From: a virus
Taxonomy: Duplodnaviria; Caudoviricetes
Virus record (IMG/VR): IMGVR_UViG_3300006120_000077
Span: 1 to 26,925 of that record
Direction: 5' to 3' (one strand)
DNA: 26,925 bases
Below are positions 26,393 through 26,925 of the stretch, one piece after another. The notes beneath the pieces were generated by a model. The model was given only the letters and a program-made list of their open reading frames with translations. It was not told the DNA's origin and did not search any database. Each line of letters opens with the position of its first letter. The first letter of the stretch is position 1. A program made the position numbers and the translations under genes.

Positions 26393-26638
26393 TTAGCAAC
26401 CCCATTTTCTAAGTGCTTTGTTAACCCTGCTTTCAGGATCATGTGCATTTTTGTGATTCGTCATTTTAGACCGCATCCCTTCCATCCGGCTGCAAAATGA
26501 CTTGTGCCGGGAGTTATGCGTATCTTTCGTTGGAGCCTTTAAGGTTCCGCCCGTTTCAGAATGATATGAAGCCCGTCCTTTGGCATTTAAGCCACCGGAT
26601 GGGGATTTGCCTTCTGATCTTGTCCATGCAGCAGTCAT
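26393..26638 (-). CDS. Small basic phage protein (possibly DUF6321-like)
   Basis: Start re-assigned to MTAAWTRSEGK (GGAGG SD 5 nt upstream); 81 aa with GGLNAKGRASY, KSFCSRM and KALRKWGC motifs. Confidence 0.75.
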   Translation of the reverse strand: MTAAWTRSEGKSPSGGLNAKGRASYHSETGGTLKAPTKDTHNSRHKSFCSRMEGMRSKMTNHKNAHDPESRVNKALRKWGC

Positions 26639-26649
26639 ATGGTCCTCCG

Positions 26650-26674
26650 AAGAAAGAAGGGGGCCGCAGCCCCC
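26650..26674 (-). terminator. Rho-independent terminator
   Basis: Minus strand GGGGGC-TGCG-GCCCCC followed by TTCTTTCTT, 3 nt after a TAA stop. Confidence 0.75.
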
Positions 26675-26677
26675 CAC

Positions 26678-26893
26678 TTAATCGTGCATTTTCTTCAACG
26701 TCTGAGCAAGTTTGGCGCGTTTAGCAAGAGTAGGGTTCGTGCTATGCGCCGCCTTAGCTAACTTCTTGGCGGGGATTTTCTCCCCCGCCGGAACGTGAAG
26801 TTGTCGGTGAAGCGCACCGGGATGCTTGATAGCACCCTGAATCCACTTCGCTCCGCCGCCATCAGCATGATGCTGACGGCTTACGACTCCCCC
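26678..26893 (-). CDS. Basic protein-coding frame without its own start codon (possible -1 frameshift extension of the upstream ORF)
   Basis: Frame reads GGVVSRQHHADGGGAKWIQGAIKHPGALHRQLHVPAGEKIPAKKLAKAAHSTNPTLAKRAKLAQTLKKMHD*. It has an in-frame TAA at 26921-26923 and no ATG/GTG/TTG until its last six sense codons. Confidence 0.6.
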   Translation of the reverse strand, partial: GGVVSRQHHADGGGAKWIQGAIKHPGALHRQLHVPAGEKIPAKKLAKAAHSTNPTLAKRAKLAQTLKKMHD

Positions 26894-26925
26894 GGCTCCA
26901 CCATGCGGCCAGCAGGGGTCTTAAC
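26881..26925 (-). CDS. 3' end of an upstream ORF (partial)
   Basis: Open frame from the window edge, ...VKTPAGRMVEPGES*; only 15 codons are visible. Confidence 0.45.
   Translation of the reverse strand, partial: VKTPAGRMVEPGES

Larger units (their letters stand above)
1..26925 (-). mobile_element. Tailed dsDNA bacteriophage (podovirus-like) virion morphogenesis and lysis region
   Basis: About 27 co-oriented, abutting or overlapping ORFs (TAATG/ATGA overlaps at 640, 8838, 14441, 15379, 15845, 17529, 26311). They include tail fibres, adaptor- and nozzle-like proteins, Gln/Gly-rich ejection-type proteins, an SLT domain and a holin-like gene. No tail tube, sheath or classical tape measure gene is recognised. 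Confidence 0.95.

Noticed and set aside
10712-26677. Longer ORF-track starts for 10712-11122, 14133-14558 and 26393-26677
   Set aside because: They overlap upstream genes or the terminator; internal ATGs at 11077, 14441 and 26638 fit translational coupling or a GGAGG SD better.
777-26724. Numerous plus-strand and alternative-frame ORFs in the track (e.g. 3683-4087, 17793-18212, 22205-22759, 23059-23493)
   Set aside because: They are shadows of long minus-strand genes with biased Gly/Thr/Ala codons and show no recognisable motifs or independent RBS.
1-26925. tRNA/rRNA genes, integrase or att sites, host assignment
   Set aside because: No intergenic space or cloverleaf was seen, and nothing in the window supports a specific host or lifestyle.

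Overview
The whole window is one tightly packed, minus-strand late (virion morphogenesis) operon of a tailed dsDNA phage with podovirus-type architecture. No integrase, host gene, tRNA or CRISPR array is visible, so free phage versus prophage cannot be decided. In transcription order (right to left): small basic proteins and an internal terminator; a structural protein; a head-tail adaptor; a Zn-ribbon protein; a 1823-aa repetitive tail fibre; a Gly/Cys-rich adhesin-like protein; an AT-rich block with a chaperone-like gene and two different 2OG-Fe(II) oxygenases; a second short fibre sharing its C-terminal domain with the long one; a second adaptor; a tail nozzle-like protein; three large putative internal/ejection proteins (one with a lytic transglycosylase domain) with a GNAT gene among them; and the start of a lysis module. 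Three signals stand out. (1) A short double-glycine motif (RATGG, RAEGG, YADGG, YKDGG, KRGG, HADGG) recurs across four otherwise dissimilar proteins and brackets what look like inserted cargo domains, one flanked by a 71-bp direct repeat; this suggests a GG-delimited cassette, processing or packaging system. (2) A phage-like reading frame at the right edge has no start codon and could be reached by a -1 frameshift at G GGG GAG. (3) Two oxygenases sit next to a Cys/Gly-rich adhesin. All functional calls come from motif recognition by eye; no database search was run.
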